From the sequence record NZ_CP104760.1: a DNA stretch of 64,000 nt, one strand, 5' to 3'. The notes under the pieces are model-generated. The model was given only the letters and a program-made list of their open reading frames with translations, searched no databases and was not told where the DNA came from. The number at the start of each line of letters is the position of its first letter. The stretch's first letter is position 1. The position numbers and the translations under genes are program-made. This document shows positions 29,801-40,192 of the stretch, one piece after another. The DNA comes from a plasmid.

Positions 29801-31159
29801 GTGCGAGGCAAAGCGATGCGGGGAACCGAGTCAATTTTTAGCGAAGATTTTCAGGAGCAACCCTACTGGTGGTCACAATGGCAACCGCATGACGATGCGC
29901 CGCTTCCCGTTCCGCGCGAAGTGGAATATGCGATCGTGGGCGCGGGTTATGCAGGCCTGTGTTGCGCCCTTGAGCTGGCGCAACATGGCAAACAGGTTGT
30001 CGTGCTCGAGGCCGGGCTGCCCGGCAGCGGCGCCAGCACGTTGAGCGGCGGTCAGGTGACCGGTGGGATCAATGTCGGGAAGACCATGGCGTCGAAAAAA
30101 GGCATCCGGCAGCGCAGCGACCAGCACCAGCGTGACATGCTGCGGGAGGCTGCGGAAGGTTACCGTTTTCTTGAGCAGCTGATTGAGCAACATCATATCG
30201 TCTGTGATTATCGTCAGACCGGACGCCTCGCTGCTGCCTGGATCCCTGAACATCTGGAAAGCTGGAAAAAGCGGCTGCCGCTGCTCAATGAGGTCAGCCA
30301 GGTTAGCGCGCGTCTGCTGTCACGCGAAGAGCTTCGCGCCGAACTCGACAGTCCGGCCTATCATGGCGGTATCCTGATCCAGCGCGCCGGCCTGCTTAAT
30401 CCCGCACGCTATTATGCCGGCTTGCTTGCTGCGGTCCGTAACGCGGGTGTAACGGTGTGCAGCGGTTCAGCGGTAAGTCAGATCGAAAAGCAGGATGCAC
30501 ATTACCGTGTAATTTCCGGCCGCGGCAGCGTCAGAGCCCGCCACGTCATCATCGCCACCAATGGCTATACCGGACCAGAGATGGCGCATCTGCATGCGCG
30601 CGTTGTGCCAGTCACCAGCCATCAAATTGCCACCGAACCGTTACCCGACGCGTTGCGTAAGAGCCTGATCCCCGGTCAGCGCGGGGTCGCTGAAACGCAG
30701 CGGGTCACGCACTATTTCCGGTATTCGCCCGATGGCACACGACTACTGTTTGGCGGCCGCGCGCGCTTTTACCCCCTCAACCGGCGGCAGTCGGCTCGCG
30801 TACTCTATCAGCATCTGACGCAGCGCTTTCCTCAGCTGCGCGACATCAAAATCAGCCACAGCTGGGGCGGCAAAGTGGCGGTGACGCTCGACTATCTGCC
30901 GCATATCGGACAAACACCGCAGGGCTGCTTTTATGCCACAGGCTGCAACGGCAGCGGCGTCACCATGATGAGCTGGCTCGGCCACAGGCTGGCGCGTCAC
31001 CTTATCGAGCAAACGCCGTTGCACAGCAGCCCATATGGCGTCTCGCCTTTGCCTGGCCATCCGCTTTACAGCGGTAACACCTGGTTTATGCCGTTGCTGG
31101 GCAGCTATTACCAGCTACGTGACCGGATAGACAAGTCTGCACACTCACAAAAGAACTGA
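29801..31159 (+). CDS. FAD-dependent oxidoreductase (DadA/sarcosine-oxidase-beta/PuuB-like amine oxidase family)
   Basis: Dinucleotide-binding motif AIVGAGYAGLCCALELAQHGKQVVVLEAG. About 440 aa. The true start may be the internal ATG at 29816. Confidence 0.8.
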   Translation: MRGKAMRGTESIFSEDFQEQPYWWSQWQPHDDAPLPVPREVEYAIVGAGYAGLCCALELAQHGKQVVVLEAGLPGSGASTLSGGQVTGGINVGKTMASKKGIRQRSDQHQRDMLREAAEGYRFLEQLIEQHHIVCDYRQTGRLAAAWIPEHLESWKKRLPLLNEVSQVSARLLSREELRAELDSPAYHGGILIQRAGLLNPARYYAGLLAAVRNAGVTVCSGSAVSQIEKQDAHYRVISGRGSVRARHVIIATNGYTGPEMAHLHARVVPVTSHQIATEPLPDALRKSLIPGQRGVAETQRVTHYFRYSPDGTRLLFGGRARFYPLNRRQSARVLYQHLTQRFPQLRDIKISHSWGGKVAVTLDYLPHIGQTPQGCFYATGCNGSGVTMMSWLGHRLARHLIEQTPLHSSPYGVSPLPGHPLYSGNTWFMPLLGSYYQLRDRIDKSAHSQKN

Positions 31160-31168
31160 GGGGGAGTA

Positions 31169-33223
31169 ATGGGATTGCGCATTGGGGTAGATATTGGCGG
31201 CTCGTTTACCGACTTCGCCGTATTCAATGAAGCATCAGGCGTGCTTCACAGCCTGAAGGTTTTTTCACGGCCGGATGAGCCTGGCCAGGAAGTGTTGCAC
31301 GGCATCAGGGAGCTGGTGAAGCGCTACGGTATCAATCCGGCAGACATTCACTACTTTACTCACGGGACGACAGTGGGTGTGAACGCTGTGGTACAGAAAA
31401 AAGGGGCTCGGCTGGGGCTGATCACTAACCGCTACTTTGAGGATGTGCTGGCGCTTGGCAGACTGAAAACGCCCGATATGTACAGCCTGCATTCTTTACG
31501 ACCGACGCCGCTGGTCGCGCGCGAACATGTTTTCGGCATTGAGGGGCGTCTGGATGCCAGCGGCAATGAGCTGAACCCGGTTGATGAAAAGAGCGTGGCG
31601 GCTGCTATTGAAGGATTGCAGCGCGCTGGGTGTGAAGGCGTCGTCATTGCTCTGCTGCACGCCTACCGCAATCCGGTGCATGAAAAGCAGGTACAGGCGC
31701 TGATTGAGCGCGAGATGCCGGGCTTTTTCACCTGTTGCTCCAGCGATGTCTGGCCAGCTATCCGCGAGTTTGAGCGCACGCAAACGGCGGTAATCGGGGC
31801 CTATGTACAGCCGCGCGTGTCGCACTATCTCGGTGCGCTGCAACAGGCGCTGGCTCAGGCGGGCGTCACGGCTGAGCTTAAGGTAACCAAATCTAATGGG
31901 GGCGTCATGAGTGCCGAAAGCGGCAAAGCAGAGTGCGTGCAGATGATCCTCTCTGGTACCGCCTCCGGCGTTATGGGTGCTGCATGGGTGGCGCGCCAGT
32001 GCGGGCGTGAAAATGTCATGAGCCTGGATATTGGCGGCACCACCGCCGATGTGGCGCTGATTGTCGACGGCGCGGCGCAGTACGATACCGGTGAATATAT
32101 TGGTGACTACCAGATCCACATTCCCTCTGTTTCCGTTACCTCAATTGGCGACGGCGGCGGCTCAATCGCGCGTGTCGATGAGTTTGGCGTACTGAAGGTT
32201 GGCCCGGAGAGCGCGGGCTCGACGCCAGGACCGGTTTGTTACGGGCGCGGCGGCGTACAGCCGACGATTACCGATGCCTTCGTCACGCTGGGGATCCTGG
32301 GGCAGGCAAAGCTCGGCTATAACGCCGTCAATATTGATGTGGCCGCGGCTAAAAAGGCCGTGGATACGTTAGCGTCTCACCTCGGACAATCCATTGAAGC
32401 CACCGCTGAGGCGATTATACAGGTGTCGGTTTCCGGGATGTATGCCGGTATCAGTCGCCTGGTTTCTCGCTTTGGTATCGATCCGCGCGTTTTTTCTCTG
32501 ATGCCTTTTGGCGGCGCCGGTCCCATGTTGGCCTGTTATCTGGCGCGCGCGATGCACATGCGCGAAGTTCTGGTGCCGTTAACGCCAGGCGTGCTTAGCG
32601 CGCTGGGTGGCCTCGTAGCCGATGTGAAAAACGATTTTGTGCGCATCATTTACAGCGATCTTACCGCAGAAAGTCTGCCGCAGCTGGAGACGGAGTATCA
32701 GTGGCTTGAGGACAGGGCGCGCGCCTGGCTGGCGCATGAGGTGAGCGATGTCAGCCGCGGTCAGTTCAGCCTGTCCGCCGAAATGCGCTACAAAGGACAA
32801 TCGTTCGAGATCGAAACGCCGCTGCCACGTCAGCAACTGGCGGAAGGCAACCTTGAACCGTTGCGCGACGCTTTCCATGCGCGTCACGCGCATCTGTATG
32901 GCTACAGCGACCGCGATGCACAGATTCAGGTCGTTTCGCTGAGGCTGGTGGTGAGCATGCCTACGCCAAAACCGCAGCTGCAGCCGCTGCCGTACAGCGA
33001 GGTCGCGCCCACGCCCGCTGGACAGATTGACGTATGGATGTCTGGTCGCTATCACAACGTACCGCTTTACCAGCGTGAACAGCTGGCGGGCGGCCAGCAA
33101 TTTACCGGTCCGGCGGTTATCGCGCAGTCTGATACTACGGTGACAGTGCTACCTGAATTCCATGTTCAGGTTGATGCGCTGGGCAATCTCATCCTTACCG
33201 ATCTTACCCACACAGCGAAATAA
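31169..33223 (+). CDS. Hydantoinase/oxoprolinase family protein, A subunit (HyuA-like)
   Basis: 684 aa. The N-terminus IGVDIGGSFTDFAV resembles the ATP-binding site of hydantoinase A, and a second DIGGTTADVALI motif is present. Confidence 0.85.
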   Translation: MGLRIGVDIGGSFTDFAVFNEASGVLHSLKVFSRPDEPGQEVLHGIRELVKRYGINPADIHYFTHGTTVGVNAVVQKKGARLGLITNRYFEDVLALGRLKTPDMYSLHSLRPTPLVAREHVFGIEGRLDASGNELNPVDEKSVAAAIEGLQRAGCEGVVIALLHAYRNPVHEKQVQALIEREMPGFFTCCSSDVWPAIREFERTQTAVIGAYVQPRVSHYLGALQQALAQAGVTAELKVTKSNGGVMSAESGKAECVQMILSGTASGVMGAAWVARQCGRENVMSLDIGGTTADVALIVDGAAQYDTGEYIGDYQIHIPSVSVTSIGDGGGSIARVDEFGVLKVGPESAGSTPGPVCYGRGGVQPTITDAFVTLGILGQAKLGYNAVNIDVAAAKKAVDTLASHLGQSIEATAEAIIQVSVSGMYAGISRLVSRFGIDPRVFSLMPFGGAGPMLACYLARAMHMREVLVPLTPGVLSALGGLVADVKNDFVRIIYSDLTAESLPQLETEYQWLEDRARAWLAHEVSDVSRGQFSLSAEMRYKGQSFEIETPLPRQQLAEGNLEPLRDAFHARHAHLYGYSDRDAQIQVVSLRLVVSMPTPKPQLQPLPYSEVAPTPAGQIDVWMSGRYHNVPLYQREQLAGGQQFTGPAVIAQSDTTVTVLPEFHVQVDALGNLILTDLTHTAK

Positions 33224-33235
33224 AGGAGCAGTCAT

Positions 33236-35227
33236 ATGGCTTTTGATCAATCTGGTTTGCAAATTCTGGCGAACTACTGTGTGGCGGCGGCGGAGAGCAT
33301 GGCGCATACGCTGGTACGCACTGCGCACTCTACCTTTGTAAAAGAGACGGAAGATTTCTCCTGTGCGCTGCTGACACCCGAAGGCCTTGCTTTTGCCTCG
33401 CCGAAAACGCTGGGCGCCACCTGGTATATCGGTCTGGATTACGGCCCGGTCCTCGGCATGATTGATGACTACCGACCGGGCGATGTGGCGATGACTAATG
33501 ATGCCTACAGCGGCAATGTGGCGACCCACAGCCCGGATATGGTGATGTGGAAACCTGTATTTTGGCAGGAAAAGCTGGTGTGCTTTGTCGGCGGCCATAT
33601 TCACAATACCGATGTCGGCGGCGCCGTGCCGGCCTCGCTCTCGCGCACCCTGACGGAAATCCATCAAGAGGGGATCCGTCTTCCCCCTACGAAAATTGTG
33701 CGAGAGGGTGTCCTTGACGAGTCGCTGCTCACATTAATAAAAACCAACGTACGCGCGCCAGAGCAGAACATGGGCGATTTGCATGCCCAGCTGGCCATGC
33801 TGGCTAACGGCGAGAAGCGCGTACATGAAATGATTGCGCACTTTGGCGTAGAGGATTTTCAGCAGGGCATGGTTGCGCTGCTCGATTATGCGGCGCAACA
33901 GGCGGAGCGCATTCTGGAAAGCGTGCCGGATGGCGAATATTTTTTCGCGGAGTATGCCGACGAAGACAGTGTGAACGGTAAACCGATGCGGGTAGCGATG
34001 ACGCTGAAGATTCGCGGCGGTAGAGCCATTCTGGATTACACCGGCAGCGATCCGCAGCTACTTTCGTCACTGAATATGCCGACCGGTGGCATGACGCGTC
34101 ACGCGCTGGCGCTGGTGGGATACCACTACGTCCTCTATACGCTTAATCCTGATATTTTGCTGAATGCCGGGCTGGACCGCGTCGTGGAGTGCGTGTTACC
34201 CCAAGGTAGCGTGATGAATGCGGTTTACCCCGCTGCGGTGGGTATGCGCAGCCTTACCTGTAAACTGACGCACGTGCTGACCTTCGGCGCCTTTTCGCAG
34301 GCGGTACCCGATCGACTGCCCGCCTGTGCCGCTTGTGGGCTGGCGATCCTTAACGTCAAGACCACAAGCGCTGCTGGTCGCGCCGTTATCGCTTCGATCG
34401 GCCCGGTAGGCGGCGGGGCTGGCGGGATGCCCTTTGGCGACGGGGAGGAGGGGTCTGGTGCCAACGTGGCCTTTTTGCGTAACACGCCTGTGGAAATTAA
34501 TGAGGCTGAAGTGCCCATCCGTATCACCCGTTATTGTCTGGTGCCAGATTCGGGTGGGGCAGGCACGTATCGCGGCGGCTCGGGCCTGATGATGGAGTTT
34601 CAGGTCTTTGCGCCGGACACCACCGTTACCGCGCGCAACCGAGACCGCACGCATTTCGCGTCCTGGGGCGTGCTGGGCGGCAAAGCGGGCAGCACCGCGA
34701 TCTTTATTAAAAACCCCGACACGCCGTCGCCGGAGCTTCTTGGCAACAGCGATGTGATCCGCTGTCAGGCGGGAGATGTTATTCGTCTGACCGGCGCTGG
34801 AGGCGGCGGCTATGGCTCGCCACTGGCACGCGCTCCCGAAGCGGTGTTAAGCGATGTCAGAAGCGGCTACGTTTCAGCCGCGCGCGCCGAACAGGATTAT
34901 GGCGTTGTGATACGCAACGGCGAGCTGGACTACGGCGCCACGCAAACAATGCGCGAACGGTTAGCCGTTAATGCGGCACCGGCTGCTCACTTTGATTATG
35001 GCTCATGGCGCACTCGCTTCGAGCAGAGCTGGACGCGGGAGCGTTATCAAGCCCTGACGGACATTCTGTCGCACGTGCCGGTCATCTGGCGCTTTCATAT
35101 CAAACATCGCCTGTTTGACGCGCTTGCTGCGGCCGAGTCCGAAAGCAACCTCTCCGAGCAGGGTGGAGAGCTGATTTATCGTTTGTACGAAAGCATAAGA
35201 AGTGAATATCAGGCCTTCCTGCAGTAA
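33236..35227 (+). CDS. Hydantoinase B/oxoprolinase family protein (HyuB-like)
   Basis: 663 aa. Lies immediately downstream of hyuA-like (12 bp gap). Pairing with the A subunit is canonical. Confidence 0.85.
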   Translation: MAFDQSGLQILANYCVAAAESMAHTLVRTAHSTFVKETEDFSCALLTPEGLAFASPKTLGATWYIGLDYGPVLGMIDDYRPGDVAMTNDAYSGNVATHSPDMVMWKPVFWQEKLVCFVGGHIHNTDVGGAVPASLSRTLTEIHQEGIRLPPTKIVREGVLDESLLTLIKTNVRAPEQNMGDLHAQLAMLANGEKRVHEMIAHFGVEDFQQGMVALLDYAAQQAERILESVPDGEYFFAEYADEDSVNGKPMRVAMTLKIRGGRAILDYTGSDPQLLSSLNMPTGGMTRHALALVGYHYVLYTLNPDILLNAGLDRVVECVLPQGSVMNAVYPAAVGMRSLTCKLTHVLTFGAFSQAVPDRLPACAACGLAILNVKTTSAAGRAVIASIGPVGGGAGGMPFGDGEEGSGANVAFLRNTPVEINEAEVPIRITRYCLVPDSGGAGTYRGGSGLMMEFQVFAPDTTVTARNRDRTHFASWGVLGGKAGSTAIFIKNPDTPSPELLGNSDVIRCQAGDVIRLTGAGGGGYGSPLARAPEAVLSDVRSGYVSAARAEQDYGVVIRNGELDYGATQTMRERLAVNAAPAAHFDYGSWRTRFEQSWTRERYQALTDILSHVPVIWRFHIKHRLFDALAAAESESNLSEQGGELIYRLYESIRSEYQAFLQ

Positions 35228-36103
35228 AACGTATACTCAGCGACCGACCGGGAAAGGTGCTGGAGGAGCGCTACCGCCGATACCCCGGTAGGGATGCCTT
35301 GAATAAGCCGCATAGAAAGAAAAGGGTACGCGGAACAGATCGCTGAGATTAACAAGGGGCCGTCTGAATGGCCCCTTAACAGATGGGGTGTAAAACGCAG
35401 ACGGCGCCGTAAAGGGCTGGAGACTGAGCGGCTTCCGCCTCTGCACCCGAATACGCCGAGCCTGATCCAGCCGATGGATATTGTCATGGATGCACTCGCC
35501 CGTGGCCGCTGGATCACGTGTCTGACCGGCCAGTATTAAACATAAATCTTCGGACTGTTAATAACCCTGCGCTAGCTGCGACAAGCAGACCTCGCCTTCA
35601 CTTAACGCTTTGAAGAAAAATCCCCTTCAATAAGGATGGCTTCATGGAAAACATGAGTAAATAGCTTATCTTTATTTATGGATGGGAAGAGATGGTGGCT
35701 TTTCTGATGCTCGCTAAATCTGCCCATAATTTTATGCGCCGCCATCAAACGCCTTCTCAGCAAAATGCAGAGCCGCCGCATCCGACTTTATTAAAGCCAA
35801 TAAACTGGCCATAAGAGAATCTTTCTTTATAGATGAAGATCAGGCACCTGATGCCTGTGGTGGCACGTTGATAGACAAGTCAGATGGTTTAAATTTGTAA
35901 CTATTAAAATTAATTTTTATGAAGAAAAGACATCCTTCAACTATTTACACGATTCATTAACACTGAGTAGTGATTTAATTTTCCCGCGCTGCATGCTTTA
36001 TCTGACCTCAGGATTCATACCTGCACGTAACATATAAATAATATTTACGTGATGCATATTTCTGCCCTGTGGCTTGTCGAAGTGAACAAAAAAACGCCGA
36101 TCG

Positions 36104-36139
36104 TGCACCCGATTGCAAAAATCGTTGCAATCGGGTGCA
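36104..36139. repeat. Perfect 15-bp inverted repeat with a 6-nt spacer (TGCACCCGATTGCAA-aaatcg-TTGCAATCGGGTGCA)
   Basis: Seen directly in the sequence. It lies about 105 bp upstream of a LacI-family gene and has no T-tail, so it is more likely an operator or structured element than a terminator. Confidence 0.4.
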
Positions 36140-36242
36140 TGTATCAAACATAATTGCAACATCATAAAAACAGGGTTATTCATTATCATCTACGTTGTTC
36201 ATCTTTGCTTAGGAATTTATTTTCAGTTAGTTTTCACGTTCG

Positions 36243-37322
36243 TTGCTGGGATTTCCGTTTTTTTCGTACGCAGGTGTTATGAGTAAACCACACACAAAAT
36301 TACATAAAGTCACGGCAAGTGACGTTGCACGCCTTGCTGGGGTATCGAAGTGGACCGTATCTCGTGCTTTTACGCCAGGTGCATCGATCTCAGAACAAGC
36401 CCGTGAAAAAGTGTTAAAGATTGCGGAGAAGCTGGGCTATCGCCCTAATTTGCTGGCCCGTAGTCTTTCTCAGAAAAAAACACAGATTATTGGTGTGGTA
36501 ATCGACGAGCTGAAAAATCCGCACTCAATGTTAATGCTGGATACCGTCACCCATCAGCTGCAACAGCGTGGATATATGGCATTACTGCTCAACATTGGTA
36601 GTGGTGATAACTACAGCTCGGTGATGTTACTGGCCGATCAGTTGCAAATCGATGGTTTGCTATTCCTTGGCACAGTGTTAACCGATGATCTTGTCAGGGT
36701 GGCAAAAGAAACGCATAAGGTTCCCTTAGTGCAGGTGTGCCGTAACAATGATGAGCCTGACATCGATGTGGTGAATATTGATGGTTTGCGGGCGGGTAAA
36801 AAACTCGGTGAACTTTTGCTGGCGCAGGGATGTACTCGCATTGGTTACATGATGGGTCCGGAAACCAGCTCTCATCATACTCAGCGGCTGGACGGCTTAA
36901 AGCTGGCGCTCAATGAGGCGGGACTGGATTTGGATGTGTTGCTCTGTACCGGCGTTTATTCGCGGGAGCGTAGTTATGAGGTGATGAGTGAGTATCTCAA
37001 CACCCAGGCGCCCCATCTGCTCATGGATGCGCTGTTTTGCGAAAACGATATTCTGGCGCTTGGCGCACTGGCAGCCCTACGCGATCGTGCGAGCGATCAC
37101 GTTATATCTGTGGTGGGCTTCGATGATATTGAGGAAGCCAGTTTACCAACCTGGCAGCTGACAACCTTTAGTCAGCGTATTGATTTGATAATTACTGAAG
37201 CCCTGAATCGACTGATTGATGGAAAGGCCACCCCTGATGGCGTCTGGTCTCAGGGAGAATTGCGTATCAGGCGTTCTCACCTGAGGCTTTCTGATGAAAA
37301 ACAGGGGACGCATAAGAAATGA
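36243..37322 (+). CDS. LacI family transcriptional regulator
   Basis: HTH KVTASDVARLAGVSKWTVSRAF plus a sugar-binding core. The true start is probably the internal ATG about 36 nt into the listed ORF. Confidence 0.85.
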   Translation: MLGFPFFSYAGVMSKPHTKLHKVTASDVARLAGVSKWTVSRAFTPGASISEQAREKVLKIAEKLGYRPNLLARSLSQKKTQIIGVVIDELKNPHSMLMLDTVTHQLQQRGYMALLLNIGSGDNYSSVMLLADQLQIDGLLFLGTVLTDDLVRVAKETHKVPLVQVCRNNDEPDIDVVNIDGLRAGKKLGELLLAQGCTRIGYMMGPETSSHHTQRLDGLKLALNEAGLDLDVLLCTGVYSRERSYEVMSEYLNTQAPHLLMDALFCENDILALGALAALRDRASDHVISVVGFDDIEEASLPTWQLTTFSQRIDLIITEALNRLIDGKATPDGVWSQGELRIRRSHLRLSDEKQGTHKK

Positions 37323-37673
37323 TTAATCCTGCGTCATTGAGTGGGTGAGTAGTCAGCAGCCGTTTATATTTAAATCATAAAAGAAAAATAATTATTAGTT
37401 AAATAATACAGAGCGTGTCGGTAAGGAGCGCGTTCATGATCGGATTTTAATAGCTGAAAACTTCAGCCAAAGGAATCGTGCGCCAATAAAAGGCGCACGT
37501 GCACTTTATTCAATACCTTCTGAAAAATAAATAATAACGAACGCGGATTCGTCATGCATACCTGCGTGCTATTTAGCACAGGGTTTGTAACGTCTGAATA
37601 CCCGGAACGTCATGCTCTGTGAATATTAACACGCCACATCCATCAGATGATGGAATGATTTAGGGAAAGAAGT

Positions 37674-38402
37674 ATGAACCGAAGAGAAGCGCTCTTTTCA
37701 CTCAGCGGTATTGTCGCGTCACTTGCCGTGGCACCACAACTGCGTGCCAGAGAGCTGCACAATGTGCCGCCTGAAACCAAACTCAGTGCCGACCATCTGC
37801 CACAACCCGCGTGGCAAAACGGTTACCAGGTACTCACCAGTCCGCTGGATCGTCAGAATCTGCAAGCCATTTTTGATCGTTTGATCCCTGCCGATAAATT
37901 GGGCCCGTCAGCAAGTGAAGCGGGCTGTATTGAGTTCCTCGATAACCAGCTAGCCGGTGATTACGGTTCAGGTGCAGCGCTCTATTTGCAAGCGCCGCTA
38001 CATCCGGAAAATGAAGAGAAAATTATGGGAAGCCCGCAATTTCTCTCTGCGCCTAAAGAACGCTATTTAACCGGTTTACAGGCGCTTGAAAGCTGGTCGC
38101 AAAGGACTCATCGGTCCTCATTTCACGCGTTAACTGCTGAGCAGATCGATGATTTCCTCACGAAAATGGAAGACGGCAAAATTGATTTGGGCGCAGGGGT
38201 TAATAGCCAGGCCTTTTTTGAATTAATGCTGCAAAACGTGCGTGAAGGATATCTGGCTGATCCGATTTATGGGGGTAATAAAAACATGGCGGGATGGAAA
38301 ATGATCGGTTTTCCTGGCGCGCGCTATGACTATCGCCCTTATATCGAACGCCGTAATGAAAACCTGGCGCTTATACCTGTCAGTCTGATCCCCAACGATT
38401 AA
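37674..38402 (+). CDS. Gluconate 2-dehydrogenase subunit 3 family protein (small gamma subunit with a Tat signal)
   Basis: Twin-arginine signal MNRREALFSLSGIVASLAVAPQLRA. 242 aa. Has the conserved C-terminal block GYLADPIYGGNKNMAGWKMIGFPGARYDY. Confidence 0.8.
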   Translation: MNRREALFSLSGIVASLAVAPQLRARELHNVPPETKLSADHLPQPAWQNGYQVLTSPLDRQNLQAIFDRLIPADKLGPSASEAGCIEFLDNQLAGDYGSGAALYLQAPLHPENEEKIMGSPQFLSAPKERYLTGLQALESWSQRTHRSSFHALTAEQIDDFLTKMEDGKIDLGAGVNSQAFFELMLQNVREGYLADPIYGGNKNMAGWKMIGFPGARYDYRPYIERRNENLALIPVSLIPND

Positions 38403-38420
38403 TAAGACGGAGCTGAGTCA

Positions 38421-40190
38421 ATGTCATTAGTAAGAAACAAGGCTGACGTCGTTATCGTTGGTATGGGTTGGGCTGGTTCGGTCATGGCGGAAGAGTTAAC
38501 ACGCGCCGGGCTGAATGTCGTTGGTATTGAGCGTGGCGCGTGGCGTGACACCTCCACCGATTTCCCGGTGGCGATTGATCCCGATGAACTACGTTTCCAT
38601 ACGCGCCGCAAAATTCTGCAGCCGATGAGTGTGGAAACGACCACTTTCCGCAACCGCAGCGACCAACTTGCCGCACCTGTGCGCAACTGGTCCGCCTATC
38701 AATTTGGCTGGAACGTGGGGGGCGCAGGTACACACTGGGCAGGAATGTCATGGCGTTTCACGCCGTGGGATTTTGAAGTCGCGAGGCAGACGCGTGAACG
38801 TTACGGCGCGAAGCGCATGGCCGGCTTGCAGTTGCAAGACTGGGGCGTGACCTACGACGAAATGGAACCGTTCTACGATCGCTTCGAGCGCATTGCTGGA
38901 ACCTCGGGTTACGCCGGTAACCTTAACGGTGAAAAACGCGCGGGAGGCAACGTCTTTGAAGGCGCACGTCGACGTGACTACCCCACGCCGCCGCTGAAAG
39001 ATACGCACTGGATGAGCAAGTACCGCAAAACCACCGAGAATATGGGTTATCACCCTTTCACCGTGCCCGCCGGTAATCTGTCCCAGGCGTATGTCAATCC
39101 GCTGGGCGTCAGCATGGGGCCTTGTACTTATTGCGGTTTCTGTGATTTTCACGGCTGCGGTAACTTCTCCAAATCGTCTCCGCAGGCATGTATTCTGCCG
39201 GTGCTGATGCGCCGTCCAAACTTCACGCTGCTGACCGAGACAGAAGTCCTGCATGCAGTGAAACATGCAGATGGCAAAACGGTAAAAGGCGTGAAGTTTA
39301 TTACGCAGGATGGCGTAGAAGGCTTCCAGCCTGCCGACATCGTCTGTATCACCGCCTACCAGATGGATAACGTGCGCTTAATGCTGCTTTCAGGTGTGGG
39401 TGAGAAATACGATCCGCTCACCGGTCGTGGCACAGTCGGTCGCAACTACGGCTACCAGACCTGTTCGAGCGTGACGGGTTTCTTCGATAACGAATACATG
39501 AATCCGTTTATTGGTGGTGGGGCATTAGCCGTGCAGATCGATGATTTTAATGGTGATAATTTCGATCACAGCGACCTCGATTTCATTGGCGGAGCGGGCA
39601 TTATGGGCTTCTCGACCAATGGTCGTCCGATTCAGAACATGAACAGTCTGCGTCCCGGTACTAAACGCTGGGGAAGCGAATGGAAAGCGGGTTATGCGCG
39701 TGATTACCAGACGGCGGGTACCATCTTCTGCCAGGGCACTTCAATGCCGATGCGCGAAGCCTATCTCGATCTCGATCCTAACTACAAAGACCGCCACGGT
39801 CAGCCGCTGCTGCGCCTGACATTTGACTGGAATCAAAATGACAAGCGCATGGCGAAATATGTGACCGATCGCGCCATCACTATCATGAAAGAAGTAGGCG
39901 GACAGCATCTGGTGGTCGACAACCAGGCAGAAAAGAGCTGGAACCCCTACATGCAGCACAGTTCACACACCATAGGCGGCGCGGTGATGGGGGCGGATCC
40001 CAGTACCTCTGCGCTCAATCCCTATCTGCAAAGCTGGGATGCGCACAACCTGTTTGTGGTCGGCGCTTCAGCCTTCCCTAACAATGGTGGCTATAACCCA
40101 ACGGTAACCGTGGGAGCGCTGGCGGTGCGTGCCGCGCAAGCTATCCACCAGAAGTACATCCATAATCCGGCACCGCTGGTGGGAGCATAA
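38421..40190 (+). CDS. GMC-family FAD flavoprotein dehydrogenase, large subunit (gluconate 2-DH / ketosugar DH type)
   Basis: FAD-binding site DVVIVGMGWAGSVMAEEL. 589 aa. Flanked by the gamma and cytochrome c subunits. Confidence 0.85.
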   Translation: MSLVRNKADVVIVGMGWAGSVMAEELTRAGLNVVGIERGAWRDTSTDFPVAIDPDELRFHTRRKILQPMSVETTTFRNRSDQLAAPVRNWSAYQFGWNVGGAGTHWAGMSWRFTPWDFEVARQTRERYGAKRMAGLQLQDWGVTYDEMEPFYDRFERIAGTSGYAGNLNGEKRAGGNVFEGARRRDYPTPPLKDTHWMSKYRKTTENMGYHPFTVPAGNLSQAYVNPLGVSMGPCTYCGFCDFHGCGNFSKSSPQACILPVLMRRPNFTLLTETEVLHAVKHADGKTVKGVKFITQDGVEGFQPADIVCITAYQMDNVRLMLLSGVGEKYDPLTGRGTVGRNYGYQTCSSVTGFFDNEYMNPFIGGGALAVQIDDFNGDNFDHSDLDFIGGAGIMGFSTNGRPIQNMNSLRPGTKRWGSEWKAGYARDYQTAGTIFCQGTSMPMREAYLDLDPNYKDRHGQPLLRLTFDWNQNDKRMAKYVTDRAITIMKEVGGQHLVVDNQAEKSWNPYMQHSSHTIGGAVMGADPSTSALNPYLQSWDAHNLFVVGASAFPNNGGYNPTVTVGALAVRAAQAIHQKYIHNPAPLVGA

Positions 40191-40192
40191 TC

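Noticed and set aside
35281-35540. Short stretch after hyuB translating in the plus frame to ...LPPLHPNTPSLIQPMDIVMDALARGRWITCLTGQY*, considered as a possible transposase/IS remnant
   Set aside because: I could not match it to any IS family motif from memory. There are no inverted terminal repeats or DDE motif, so it was left unannotated.
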